Position numbers and translations under genes: made by a program. Positions 1 through 10,644 of a stretch of 64,000 nt of DNA are shown here, in pieces. Every line of letters starts with the position of its first letter. Position 1 is the stretch's first letter. This stretch comes from Chamaesiphon sp. (GTDB lineage Bacteria; Cyanobacteriota; Cyanobacteriia; Cyanobacteriales; Chamaesiphonaceae). Location of the stretch: positions 64,001-128,000 of the forward strand of contig CBDFFH010000012.1 of NCBI GenBank assembly GCA_965246715.1, read 5' to 3'. Below the pieces are notes generated by a model. It made no database searches. It saw only the letters and a list, made by a program, of their open reading frames with translations, and was not told where the DNA came from.

Positions 1-1167
1 GAGGCGCAGTTTCTCCGCGCCCAACGCTTAGAAAGTCTCGGTACCCTTGCCAGTGGCATCGCCCACGATATGAATAATATCTTGACACCGATTTTGGCTG
101 CTGCGCAACTGTTACCCTTACGACTGAAAAATCTCGACGATCGCACCAAATCACTGTTACAAATGTTGGAAGAGAGCGCCAAGCGCGGTACCCATTTAGT
201 CGGGCAGATTTTGTCGTTCGCCCGTGGTTCGGATGGTGCCCGCACTTCAGTTCAAATCCGACATATTCTGTCGGAAGTGGTACGGGTAGCACGCCAAACT
301 TTTCCGAAATCGATCGAGATTTCGCTCAATCTAGCAACAGTCGATCTGTGGCCGATCTCTGGCGATGCCACCCAGTTACAACAAGTGTTGATGAACCTCA
401 TGGTCAATGCCCGCGATGCAATGCCAGCTGGTGGCACCCTAAGTATTGCTGCGGAAAATCTCATCCTCGATGAGCACTACCTCACGCTGAATATCGACGC
501 AAGAGTCAGTCCCTATGTCATGCTGACGATCTCCGACACTGGCACTGGGATCCCGCCAGAGATTTTAGAACGCATTTTCGAGCCTTTTTTCACCACCAAA
601 GAACCAGGGAAAGGAACGGGGTTAGGATTATCGACAACTTTGGGGATCGTCAAAAGTCATGGCGGTTTTGTAAATACTTATAGCGATCTCGGCAAAGGCA
701 CTTGCTTTAAGATTTATCTCCCAGCCGAAGCCACCGCTGAAACCGAAATCGCCATCGATACTCGAGAATTACCGCTCGGCAATGGTGAATTAGTGCTGGT
801 AGCGGATGATGAAATATCGGTGCGTGAAATTATTAAGGCATCGCTCGAAGCTTATAATTATCAAGTAATTACCGCCACCGATGGGATCGAAGCAATCGCG
901 ATCTACGCTCAACGTCAAGCTGAGATTAAAGTCGTGCTGCTCGACTTAATGATGCCAGTATTAGATAGTGCCTCTACCATTCGGGCGCTGCAAAGAATCG
1001 ATCCAGATATATCGATTGTAGTTATGAGCGGACTTGCTGAAAACGAGCCGATTAAAAACATGAGCGATGTCAACGTGCAAGCATTTTTGGCTAAACCATT
1101 TACCTCTCAAGCATTACTCCAGACTTTACATCGGTTACAAACTACTTTACCTGGTAGAGCGAATTGA
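1..1167 (+). CDS. Hybrid sensor histidine kinase/response regulator (5' end outside window)
   Basis: Frame open from base 1: EAQFLRAQRLESLGTLASGIAHDMNN (H-box), then N box, G boxes (DTGTGI, GTGLGL) and C-terminal receiver (ADDE, LDLMMP, KP). Confidence 0.93.
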   Translation, partial: EAQFLRAQRLESLGTLASGIAHDMNNILTPILAAAQLLPLRLKNLDDRTKSLLQMLEESAKRGTHLVGQILSFARGSDGARTSVQIRHILSEVVRVARQTFPKSIEISLNLATVDLWPISGDATQLQQVLMNLMVNARDAMPAGGTLSIAAENLILDEHYLTLNIDARVSPYVMLTISDTGTGIPPEILERIFEPFFTTKEPGKGTGLGLSTTLGIVKSHGGFVNTYSDLGKGTCFKIYLPAEATAETEIAIDTRELPLGNGELVLVADDEISVREIIKASLEAYNYQVITATDGIEAIAIYAQRQAEIKVVLLDLMMPVLDSASTIRALQRIDPDISIVVMSGLAENEPIKNMSDVNVQAFLAKPFTSQALLQTLHRLQTTLPGRAN

Positions 1168-1335
1168 GTTAAGCTAAATAAGTACCGGATCGCACCGATC
1201 GAATAGTAAGATAAATGTCGATATATTTTAGATGAATATATTTACCCGATCGCTCAGCCTCAAGCTTTTTAAACGGTAGAATTAAGATTTCATCGATTTA
1301 ATATAATTTAATATTATTGAGCTTATACTTTAGTC

Positions 1336-1938
1336 ATGACAGTAGATTCAGGTCGATGGAAAACTGCTAGCTTTAAGATCGAAGAAACCCGCTGGAATGA
1401 TTTTGTCAGAGCAGCTCATCAAAACGGATCGACTGCTACCAGTGTGCTTGAAGCATTAATCGAACGGTATATTGCTGGCGAGTATCCACTTATTATACCC
1501 GATCGAGCCAAAGTACCTGCATCAACAGATGTTGATGCACCAGAGAGTCTACCAAACTTAATGGGTATTCACGTCCTCGTGCTCGATGATGAAATTAATA
1601 TTCGGACATCGATTTCTTCGATTCTCGAACATTTTGGGGCAGAAGTCACAGCAGTTGCTGCTCCGTCGATCGCACTGCAAACATTGCAAGCCGCTCCGCA
1701 AAAGTATCAGGCGCTAATCTCAGACATTGGGATGCCAGAGCAAGATGGTTGGTCGTTTATTCGCCAAGTCAGAGCATTGAGTCCCGAACTCGGCGGCGAA
1801 ATTCCCGCCGCTGCGCTGACGACTTACTCCAGCCCCAGAGAAATCGATATCGCTAAACGCCTCGGATTTCAAGTCCATATTGCCAAACCGATCGATGCTA
1901 CTCTATTGGCATCGATCGTGGCGGATCTGGTCAAGTAA
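1336..1938 (+). CDS. Response regulator receiver protein with N-terminal ribbon-helix-helix-like segment
   Basis: Receiver motifs LDDE, SDIGMP, AKP; N-terminal ~50 aa with a beta-alpha-alpha pattern. Confidence 0.82.
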   Translation: MTVDSGRWKTASFKIEETRWNDFVRAAHQNGSTATSVLEALIERYIAGEYPLIIPDRAKVPASTDVDAPESLPNLMGIHVLVLDDEINIRTSISSILEHFGAEVTAVAAPSIALQTLQAAPQKYQALISDIGMPEQDGWSFIRQVRALSPELGGEIPAAALTTYSSPREIDIAKRLGFQVHIAKPIDATLLASIVADLVK

Positions 1939-2125
1939 TGAGAGTAGCACTGACACTGTGCCGGAGGATAGCGATCTCGAACAAAGAGTGACAAGCTAGG
2001 GATACTCTCTCCAAACTACCGATCGATCGATTTTTTATCCCGACAGCCTGTATTTATCCTTGAATTTATAAGGTGATACTCGATCTGTAATAGATAGATC
2101 GAAAGCTTGTGCGATAGGCTGGGCA

Positions 2126-4405
2126 ATGAAACCACAAGAACTAGACCAGTTAATTATCAAAGTCAAACGAGAAGGCGGAACAAAGCTCGACCTCAAAAAT
2201 AAGAAGCTAAAAGTTCTACCAGAAAGCATTGGAGATCTCACAGATCTGACTGAGTTGGATCTGAGTAATAATCAACTGACTGCCTTACCAAAAAGTATCT
2301 GTCGGTTGACTAATCTTACTGTTTTAAATCTATATAAAAATAAACTAACCTTTCTCCCGCATCATATTGGCAACCTAAACAAACTCAAGGTTCTGAATTT
2401 ATATATAAATCCCCTAATAACTTTACCAGACAGCATCGGCGATCTAATTTTATTGACAAAGCTCGAATTAGGGCAAGATCGCGGAAGTCTATCGAGCTTA
2501 CCAGATAGTATCGGGAACTTGACTAATCTAACTAAGCTGAATTTAAGTAGAGGAAAGCTCACTAAGTTACCCAGAAGTATTGGCAATCTTGTCAATCTCC
2601 AATTTCTAGATCTTAGTAAAAATAGATTGACTGAACTACCAGAGAGCATCGGTAATCTTGTCAATCTCCAATTTCTAGATCTTAGTAAAAATAGATTGAC
2701 TGAACTACCAGAGAGCATCGGTAATCTTGTCAAATTGCACTACCTAGATCTTCGCAAAAATCGATTGACTAAGCTACCGAAAAGCATCGCCAACCTTCGC
2801 GAACTATATATGCTATTTTTGACAAATAACAATTTAACAGATCTTTCTGTCTTTAAAGGATTATCTGATTTAACAAGAATATGGTTTTTTGGAGAACAAA
2901 TTTCAGGCTATCATCTAACCAAGTTGAGTGACTGGGGATCTAAATGGCCGCTTCATAATAATTGTATTGTTGTCAAACGTTATCTACTCAAGCAACTAGG
3001 ACTCGATCGTATCTTGCATGACTTAGCATCAGTTTCAGTACCGTTTGAACTAGATTTGAGTAAGCTCGATCTAACTACTATTTCAGATTGCATCGGCAAC
3101 TTAACTAACATAACTCATCTGGATTTAAGTCAGAATAAGTTAGTTAGACTACCAGACAGCATTGGCAAATTAGCGAATCTAACTCGGCTCGATCTAAAAT
3201 ACAATAAATTAACCTCTTTGCCAGATGGTATTGGCTCTCTCATTAATTTAACCGATCTAAATACCGATTACAATCATCTAAAAACTTTGCCAGACAGTAT
3301 TACCAATCTTATTGATTTAGTATCGCTAACTCTGGGTAATAATCAGATTTACGAGCTACCAGTTGAATTTGGCAATCTCACAAAATTAACCGAACTTAAT
3401 TTGTATAATAATAATTTGACTATATTACCCGAACGATTTGGCAATCTCACAAATTTAAGAAAATTAGATCTTAGATATAATAAGTTAACTGAGCTACCAG
3501 ATAGTATTAGCGATCTGACCGATCTAAGCACACTAGAGCTACGTCATAATCTACTGAATTGTCTACCTGAAACGCTAGGTAGCATGACTAAACTAGAAAA
3601 GATAGATCTTGGAGAGAATAATATAGCTTTTCTTCCGCATACTATTGGAAATATGAGCAGCCTGAGTGAATTGATTCTTTGGAATAATAAGTTGAGTGCA
3701 TTGCCAGATAGTATTGGTGGTATGTCTATGCTGTCTAAACTATATCTTGGCGGAAATAACCTAACTTGTTTGCCAAATTACATTAGTAACTTGATCGATT
3801 TAAATAAATTATATCTTGGAAACAATGCTTTTACTTTCTTTCCAGATTGTATTAGTAATCTAATTAATTTGAACGATTTAGATCTTAGAAATAATCAATT
3901 GACATGTCTGCCAACTAGCTTGGCGAGAAATACAAACCTTCATGTAATTGACCTAGCGGGTAATCCATTAACAGACTTATCAACATTGAAATTAATTCCT
4001 GGATTAACAAGAGTTAGTTTTAGAGGTGCATTCGATCTCCCTCATAAATTCTGGACTAAATTTAGTGAGTGGGAGCCTAAATGGTTATTGGAGGAGATTA
4101 ACGTAGAGATTAGGCGCATATTAATTCAAGAGGTAGGTTATGAGAAAATTTGCCAAGAACTAAATGCGATCGAACTCGATTGCTGGCGAGAATATACACT
4201 GCTAAAAATCGAGGATGCCGATCGAGTATTCGAGCGAGATTTGCGCGAAAATATCTGGCAACCGCTGGTATTACTCAAGATGACTTGTCCATCGACGGGA
4301 CACATTCATATTCTGCGCGTACCGCCAGAGATGACGAGTGCAGAGGCGGCGATTACTTGGGTAAATCATGGCATTCATCCCGATGAATTTGCGATCGCAA
4401 CTTAA
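2126..4405 (+). CDS. Leucine-rich repeat protein with C-terminal DUF6745-like domain
   Basis: Many 23-aa LxxLDLxxNxLxxLPxSIG repeats; C-terminal LLKMTCPSTGHIHILRVPP...AAITW. Confidence 0.9.
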   Translation: MKPQELDQLIIKVKREGGTKLDLKNKKLKVLPESIGDLTDLTELDLSNNQLTALPKSICRLTNLTVLNLYKNKLTFLPHHIGNLNKLKVLNLYINPLITLPDSIGDLILLTKLELGQDRGSLSSLPDSIGNLTNLTKLNLSRGKLTKLPRSIGNLVNLQFLDLSKNRLTELPESIGNLVNLQFLDLSKNRLTELPESIGNLVKLHYLDLRKNRLTKLPKSIANLRELYMLFLTNNNLTDLSVFKGLSDLTRIWFFGEQISGYHLTKLSDWGSKWPLHNNCIVVKRYLLKQLGLDRILHDLASVSVPFELDLSKLDLTTISDCIGNLTNITHLDLSQNKLVRLPDSIGKLANLTRLDLKYNKLTSLPDGIGSLINLTDLNTDYNHLKTLPDSITNLIDLVSLTLGNNQIYELPVEFGNLTKLTELNLYNNNLTILPERFGNLTNLRKLDLRYNKLTELPDSISDLTDLSTLELRHNLLNCLPETLGSMTKLEKIDLGENNIAFLPHTIGNMSSLSELILWNNKLSALPDSIGGMSMLSKLYLGGNNLTCLPNYISNLIDLNKLYLGNNAFTFFPDCISNLINLNDLDLRNNQLTCLPTSLARNTNLHVIDLAGNPLTDLSTLKLIPGLTRVSFRGAFDLPHKFWTKFSEWEPKWLLEEINVEIRRILIQEVGYEKICQELNAIELDCWREYTLLKIEDADRVFERDLRENIWQPLVLLKMTCPSTGHIHILRVPPEMTSAEAAITWVNHGIHPDEFAIAT
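2585..2733 (+). repeat. Exact 69-bp tandem duplication (one LRR unit)
   Basis: 2585-2653 and 2654-2722 are identical, followed by a partial third copy. Confidence 0.9.
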
Positions 4406-4473
4406 GCCAGATATAGACTTGTCACACTGCTGGATCGATCGCTTATGATGGTAATCATCGAATCGCCACATAA

Positions 4474-5109
4474 ATGGGCATAGTTTCTATGGTTTCGGTC
4501 ATTAATCCCGCATCACTCTCTGTAGATAGTTTTATTGCTACTTATTTAGAAGACGATCGCTATGAATTAATCGATGGAGAATTAATTGATTTGGAGCCAA
4601 CAGGTTTACACGAGCAAGTGGCGGGGTTTGTTGCGAGGAAGCTAAATGTTGAGATCGATAGGCTCGATTTACCGTGGTTGATTCCAATGAAATGTTTGAT
4701 TAGACCTGCGAGTCTCAATTCAGCCTTTAGACCGGATCTTATCGTCTTAGATAGCGATGCTTTAGCTACAGAACCCCGTTGGATTAGTGAGCCTGTTATC
4801 AGCTCTGGGAATTCGATAAAATTAGTAGTAGAGGTAGTCAGTACCAATTGGCAAAATGACTACGCTCGGAAAGTGGAAGAGTATGAAGCGGTAGGAATTC
4901 CGGAATATTGGATTGTAGACTATCTGGGCTTGGGTGGAAAACGCTATATCGGTACGCCCAAACAGCCAATAATAACGATTTATAATGCGATCGATGGTGA
5001 ATATCAAGGCAAACAATATCGCGATGACGATCGATTAATTTCAAAGATTTTCCCCGATTTAGTTCTATCAGCTAGCCAAGTATTTGCCGCAGGTAAAGTG
5101 AAAAATTAG
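4474..5109 (+). CDS. Uma2 family endonuclease
   Basis: RYELIDG, PD...VVEVVS, KxxxY, GIPEYWIVD motifs. Confidence 0.92.
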   Translation: MGIVSMVSVINPASLSVDSFIATYLEDDRYELIDGELIDLEPTGLHEQVAGFVARKLNVEIDRLDLPWLIPMKCLIRPASLNSAFRPDLIVLDSDALATEPRWISEPVISSGNSIKLVVEVVSTNWQNDYARKVEEYEAVGIPEYWIVDYLGLGGKRYIGTPKQPIITIYNAIDGEYQGKQYRDDDRLISKIFPDLVLSASQVFAAGKVKN

Positions 5110-5192
5110 TTGTTACTCTAGCGATCGGGAGATCTGCGATCGAGTGATTCAGTGTTAGCTTAGTTGCAAGTCTAGCCAATAAGACTAATCTC

Positions 5193-6434
5193 ATGAAAAT
5201 CCTCATATTAAATGCTGGCTCTAGCAGTCAGAAAAGTTGTCTGTACGAAATAGAAGGCGATAATCTACCCGTCGATCCACCAGAACCCTTGTGGCAAGCG
5301 CAGATCGACTGGAACGAGCGGGAAGGATCTGCCGATCTCAAGGTAACAACCGATCGTGGTGAAACACGGCACGAAACCTTTCCCTCCACCTCAAAATTAG
5401 ACGATACGATTAAGGCTGTAGAAACCCTGTGGAGCGGTCGCACGGGATCGATCGAAAATCCGGATGAAATCGATATCGTCGGGCATCGTGTAGTGCATGG
5501 GGGCGAGAAATATCGACAGAGTACTTGGATAACTGCTGATGTCAAAGCAGAGATCGATCGATCGGCGACGTTTGCACCCGCACACAATCCGGTAAATCTG
5601 GCCGGAATCAATGCGATCGAGCGGGTTTTGGGTGCGGATATGCCGCAAGTTGCGATGTTCGATACGGCTTTTCATGCCACTTTACCGCCTGCGGCGTATG
5701 TGTACCCAGGAGCTTATGAATGGTTGGAGCAGGGAATTCGGCGGTATGGGTTTCATGGGATCGGACAGCAATATTCGGCAGGACGCGCGGCGCGGATTTT
5801 AGGGCGAGATTTAACATCGCTCAAAACGATCGTCTGTCACTTGGGCAATGGTTGCTCGTTGGCGGCGATTCGCGATGGGGTGAGTATCGATACGACGATG
5901 GGGTTTACGCCGCTAGAAGGCTTGATGATGGGCAGTAGATCGGGTTCGATCGATCCGGGGATTTTAGTTCACTTGCTGCGGCATACAGGCATCACTGTAG
6001 ATGAGTTGGATCGGCTGCTCAACAAGGAGTCCGGGCTACTAGGGATTTCGGGGGTATCGAATGACATGCGAAAGGTTGTAGCGGCAATGGAGCAGGGCAA
6101 CGAGCGCGCTAAACTAGCGTTCGATATCTTTGTGCATCGATTGCGATCGGGAATTGGGGCGATGTTGGCGAGTTTGGGTGGGTTGGATGTGTTGGTATTT
6201 GGTGCGGGAATTGGGGAGCATTCAGCAGCAATTCGATCGGCTGCATGTGCGGGGTTCGAGTTTTTGGGATTAGCGATCGATGAGGAAAAGAATCATGCCG
6301 ATCCGATCGATCTGGATATTTCGACACCTGAGTCGCAGGTACGGGTGATGGTAATTCATGTCGAAGAGGATTGGGCGATCGCGCGCGAATGTTATCAGAT
6401 TGCAGTCGATCGCCATTTCTTAACTCAATCATAG
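5193..6434 (+). CDS. ackA: Acetate kinase
   Basis: ILNAGSSS, VGHRVVHGG, FDTAFH, RRYGFHG, HLGNG, TPLEGL. Confidence 0.96.
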   Translation: MKILILNAGSSSQKSCLYEIEGDNLPVDPPEPLWQAQIDWNEREGSADLKVTTDRGETRHETFPSTSKLDDTIKAVETLWSGRTGSIENPDEIDIVGHRVVHGGEKYRQSTWITADVKAEIDRSATFAPAHNPVNLAGINAIERVLGADMPQVAMFDTAFHATLPPAAYVYPGAYEWLEQGIRRYGFHGIGQQYSAGRAARILGRDLTSLKTIVCHLGNGCSLAAIRDGVSIDTTMGFTPLEGLMMGSRSGSIDPGILVHLLRHTGITVDELDRLLNKESGLLGISGVSNDMRKVVAAMEQGNERAKLAFDIFVHRLRSGIGAMLASLGGLDVLVFGAGIGEHSAAIRSAACAGFEFLGLAIDEEKNHADPIDLDISTPESQVRVMVIHVEEDWAIARECYQIAVDRHFLTQS

Positions 6435-6735
6435 TTATTCCTTAAATTAACGATCGTCTGAAATTCATTTGTTTCTAGTAGACTTGCAAACTATCTAGGT
6501 AAAAATTCATCATTTGTGAATTTTCAGTGAATAACTACCGATCTTTGCCTCAAATCCCTGGTTTCAGCCAGAGTTTGGGGGCAAAGAATGCGATCGAATC
6601 AGCCACATAGCTAAATTTCGATCGACTGTTGTTACAGTTTCATGTTACGGGTCGGCGTTCCGATCGAGTCCGTATGTTCGCTGAAAATATCTCAAAACTG
6701 TATACAACAAACTCAAGATAGAGGAGCAATCGATC

Positions 6736-9700
6736 GTGGCAAAGAATACAATTCTAATGATCGGTGACGGGATGGGCTGGGAAGTAGCTCGTGCTGCCGC
6801 CATTCAAGCACAGATTAACGCTGGTAATAAAGGTAATAAACTCAGTGATTTCTACACCAGCGGCGTAGGTACTGGCTTAAACCTTCAGACCTTAACTGGA
6901 TACGGTTTGGCTACTACTTACGGGACGACAATCGCGGGTGATACTGGGGTATATAGTGATGGGATTAGTGCCTTAACAGGTGGTAACACTACCTCGATTC
7001 CCACGAATAGCACTGCCGAGCGGGCTGGCTTTAGCTTCGATCCGACCTTCAACCCAGGAATTAATGCTAGTGGTGGAGCTAAGGTGGCTGATGGTGTCAA
7101 GGGTAACTTAGTCGGTTACGATCCAGTCAAAGGTGGTGCGACTCCTTGGACACCTGGAACTGACAAAGAATATATCAAATACAGTTATCCAGATTCTGCC
7201 AACACTGCGACAACTCTCTATACGGGCGTAAAAAGTTACAACGGCGCGATCGGGGTAGACATTTTCGAGCAGCCATTAGACGGTGTTTTAGCTCAAGCTG
7301 CAAGATTGGGTAAAGCGACTGGATTGGTAACTTCAGTACCGATCGATCACGCGACTCCGGCTGCTGCTGCTGCCAATGTCAGCAATCGCAATAAATTCGA
7401 CGTTGCTTACCCCGCTCTGGATAATATCCTCCAGCAAGAACTCCGAATCTACCAACCTAACGTTCTCCTCGGTGGCGGGCACCCGCTGTCTAACTCTCCC
7501 ACGCTACTACCTGTAGGTGTCGAGCCAATTCGGGACAATACTTACATCAAACCTGAGACTTACACCGAGCTGAGTACCAAACCAAATGCGACTGGTACCA
7601 ATAGTAATCTCTATGGCTACACCTTCCTAGAGCGGGGCAAGGATGCTGCATCGGTGCTAGCAGCAACAGCCAAAACGATCGATCCCGACAAAGACGGTCA
7701 CTTGCTGGGATTGTATGGTGCCAGAGGTCAAGATGGTAACTTACCAGTCAGCTCGGCAAATGGTGACTACAGCACTACTGGGTTGGGGATGTTCACGATC
7801 AATACCAGCAAAGGGTTGGCACAAGACTTCATTCGTCCGCTGTTACCAGGTGAAACCAATGACTCTTTCATCGCCAAAGAACGTAACGAAAACCCCACCC
7901 TCGACGATCTGACCAAAGCTGCACTGGAAGTCTTGGGCAAAGACAAAGATGGGATGTGGTTGATGATCGAAGGTGGCGATATCGACTGGGCAGAACATGA
8001 CAATAGTATCGATAATGCGATCGGTACCATGTTTGATTTCGACAGAGCAGTCGGTTCGGTGCTCGACTGGATTAGCAAAAATGGTGGCTGGGAGCAGAAC
8101 GAACTGATCGTTACCGCCGACCACGATCACTACTTGACTCTAAATGACAATTTCCCTGAGTTACTACGGACAAAAGGTGCCGAAGCACTGACTGCGGTAG
8201 ATACTACGGCTGAAGCCGGACACTACTGGGGTTCTAAGCCAGATATCATCAAAGTTACCAATGCCACAACTGGTGCAGTAACCGACGATCCCGAATCTGG
8301 TAAATACGGCTGGGGTAATCACTCCAACCGCCCCGTCCCCGTTTACTATCAAGGTGCCAATACTTCAGTATTGTCCACTGATATCGGTAAAGGCTATACC
8401 AACTATGGTGTTAACGTGCCTGGTATCCCTGGTCTAATCGACCAAACGACGATCTACCGCGCTCAAGCTGCTGGTGTCAATAACCTCGCTACCGATACTG
8501 GTGTGTTGACTAACTATGATTGGAGCGATCGTCCGATCTTGGGTACTACGCCTAAATTCAATCCCAAAGATACTAAAGTCACCGTCCCTGGTCAAGATAT
8601 CAAACTGGGTGGATTCTCTGGCTTGCAATTTGAAGGTGTTGCAGCTAACGGTAACTTGAAATTTATCACGCATACCGATCGCGGTCCCAATGCAGCTAAC
8701 GTCGATCTCCTCAAAGATGTCGCTGGCGATGAAAAACCATTTGCCTTACCTAACTTCCAACCAGAGATCGATCGGTTTGAATTAAATGCTGCTACTGGTA
8801 AATTTGCTCTCACCCAACGCATCAAATTAACCGCTCCCGATGGTAAAGCCTTAACTGGTCTACCAAATATTCAAAGTGCAGCTCAAGGTCTAGCTTACAC
8901 CGACGAGGTACCTGTAGACCTATTCGGCAATCGCCTTGCTAACGACCCTCTCGGTGCCGACTTAGAAGGGATCGCCGTTGCGAAAGATGGTACATTCTGG
9001 ATGGTCGATGAATATCGTCCCTCGATCTACCACTTCGATGCCAATGGTAAAATGCTCGAACGGTTGATTCCCAAAGGTACACCCACCGATAACAATAGTT
9101 TCGGTACGCGAGTGTTGCCCGATGTCTACGCTCAACGTCGTGCCAATCGTGGCTTTGAAGGGATCGCATTGGAAGGTACTAAAATCTATGCATTCATGCA
9201 AAGCGGTTTAGACAATCCCGATGTCGCTAACGATGCCAACTCCAAAGCTAGTAGCAACTTGCGGATTTTAGAATACGATACTGCTACCAAAGCAGTCACT
9301 GGCGAGTACATCTACCAACTCAAAGATGTCAAAATCGCTGATAAAATCGGCGATGCTACATCTCTAGGTAATGGCAAATTCCTCGTCGTCGAGCGTGATG
9401 CCGATGCGACTGTCGATTCTTTCAAAGGGATTTTTGAAATCGACATCAGTAAGGCAACTAATGTCAACAATGCCGCTAATCTCACCAAAGTCCCCGCAGG
9501 TAAAACGATCGACCAACTCACCGCTGCTGAGTTAACCACTGCTGGGATTACGACTGTAGACAAGAAGTTAGTCGCTAATGCTTCTACTCTAGGCTATACA
9601 GGTGTTGAGAAGCTCGAAGGTCTGGCATTGCTCGATAGCAAAACGCTAGCGATTATCAACGATAACGATTTTGGTGTGGGTAACGCTACTACTACAGGTG

Positions 9701-10308
9701 ACGGGAAACTCATCGGTGTGGATGACAATGCGCCAGTTAAATTGGGTCTGATCTCGCTCAATAATCCAGTGGGATTAGCAGGAGCGAACAACGCGTTGAA
9801 ATTCGATGCCGCCAATCGTCTCGATCTCAGCGACGAAAAAGGTCGGACGAATATCAAATTCACCGCTAGTCACGACGCTGCTTATAACAACTATGTCGGC
9901 TTGTACCAAATCGACAAAGCTGATGGCTCGATCGGTAGCGTGAAGCCAGGGGATAAAGGATACATCGAAGCTGCACTCAATCGCAGCTTGTTAAATATCC
10001 TCAAGACAGACAACAAAACTACCTACCTATCTGGTGGTGCGTTGTATGCTCCTTACTTGATTGCCAATAGTTCGATCGTCAATGGTGCGCCAGACGCGGT
10101 GATTAAGGACTTCCTCGCCAAGAATCCGCTCAGTGATGAGAAGAATCGCATGACTGACGTTCATGCTTATTTTGCCTTCAAAGGTGCGAATACCGACGGT
10201 GTAGATCATATCAAGTCCCTCGGTAGTGATAAGTTCGGTTTCGAGGATATGTTTGGTGGCGGTGACAATGACTTTAACGATGCGATCTTACAGATCAAGC
10301 GCGTCTAG
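6736..10308 (+). CDS. phoA: Alkaline phosphatase (PhoA-type) + esterase-like phytase domain + DUF4114-like tail
   Basis: IGDGMG, PDSANTAT (catalytic Ser), EGGDIDWAEH, TADHDH; second domain HTDRGPN/DEYRP/NRGFEG/NDNDFG; C-terminal FGFED..GGGDNDFND. Confidence 0.85.
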   Translation: MAKNTILMIGDGMGWEVARAAAIQAQINAGNKGNKLSDFYTSGVGTGLNLQTLTGYGLATTYGTTIAGDTGVYSDGISALTGGNTTSIPTNSTAERAGFSFDPTFNPGINASGGAKVADGVKGNLVGYDPVKGGATPWTPGTDKEYIKYSYPDSANTATTLYTGVKSYNGAIGVDIFEQPLDGVLAQAARLGKATGLVTSVPIDHATPAAAAANVSNRNKFDVAYPALDNILQQELRIYQPNVLLGGGHPLSNSPTLLPVGVEPIRDNTYIKPETYTELSTKPNATGTNSNLYGYTFLERGKDAASVLAATAKTIDPDKDGHLLGLYGARGQDGNLPVSSANGDYSTTGLGMFTINTSKGLAQDFIRPLLPGETNDSFIAKERNENPTLDDLTKAALEVLGKDKDGMWLMIEGGDIDWAEHDNSIDNAIGTMFDFDRAVGSVLDWISKNGGWEQNELIVTADHDHYLTLNDNFPELLRTKGAEALTAVDTTAEAGHYWGSKPDIIKVTNATTGAVTDDPESGKYGWGNHSNRPVPVYYQGANTSVLSTDIGKGYTNYGVNVPGIPGLIDQTTIYRAQAAGVNNLATDTGVLTNYDWSDRPILGTTPKFNPKDTKVTVPGQDIKLGGFSGLQFEGVAANGNLKFITHTDRGPNAANVDLLKDVAGDEKPFALPNFQPEIDRFELNAATGKFALTQRIKLTAPDGKALTGLPNIQSAAQGLAYTDEVPVDLFGNRLANDPLGADLEGIAVAKDGTFWMVDEYRPSIYHFDANGKMLERLIPKGTPTDNNSFGTRVLPDVYAQRRANRGFEGIALEGTKIYAFMQSGLDNPDVANDANSKASSNLRILEYDTATKAVTGEYIYQLKDVKIADKIGDATSLGNGKFLVVERDADATVDSFKGIFEIDISKATNVNNAANLTKVPAGKTIDQLTAAELTTAGITTVDKKLVANASTLGYTGVEKLEGLALLDSKTLAIINDNDFGVGNATTTGDGKLIGVDDNAPVKLGLISLNNPVGLAGANNALKFDAANRLDLSDEKGRTNIKFTASHDAAYNNYVGLYQIDKADGSIGSVKPGDKGYIEAALNRSLLNILKTDNKTTYLSGGALYAPYLIANSSIVNGAPDAVIKDFLAKNPLSDEKNRMTDVHAYFAFKGANTDGVDHIKSLGSDKFGFEDMFGGGDNDFNDAILQIKRV

Positions 10309-10367
10309 GTTGTCACTCTCAAATAGTTAGCTCTGTTGGCAATTGCCAAAGATTTATTAAAATATAT

Positions 10368-10403
10368 TGCCAAATGTCAGTTTTTTGACATTTGGCATTT
10401 TTT
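10368..10403 (+). terminator. Intrinsic terminator after phoA-like gene
   Basis: tgccaaatgtca / tgacatttggca stem followed by a T run. Confidence 0.7.
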
Positions 10404-10644
10404 ATTGCAACGATCTCTAGGCGATCGAAGTATTGAGAAAAGTTTACATAATCATAAAAAATAATAATAGATCGGCAGCACCATAACCTTTGCTGTGCTT
10501 GTCTTTAGATCGTTTCTTAATTTTGGGTCTATGTTGTCTTAACTTAGCGATCGCCTGACCTTGATGTGTCTACTGTAGACTCTGCTCTTGGCATTATCAA
10601 TACTCTTAACCTCTCGATCGCTCAGATTGAAAACCTAAAAACTC

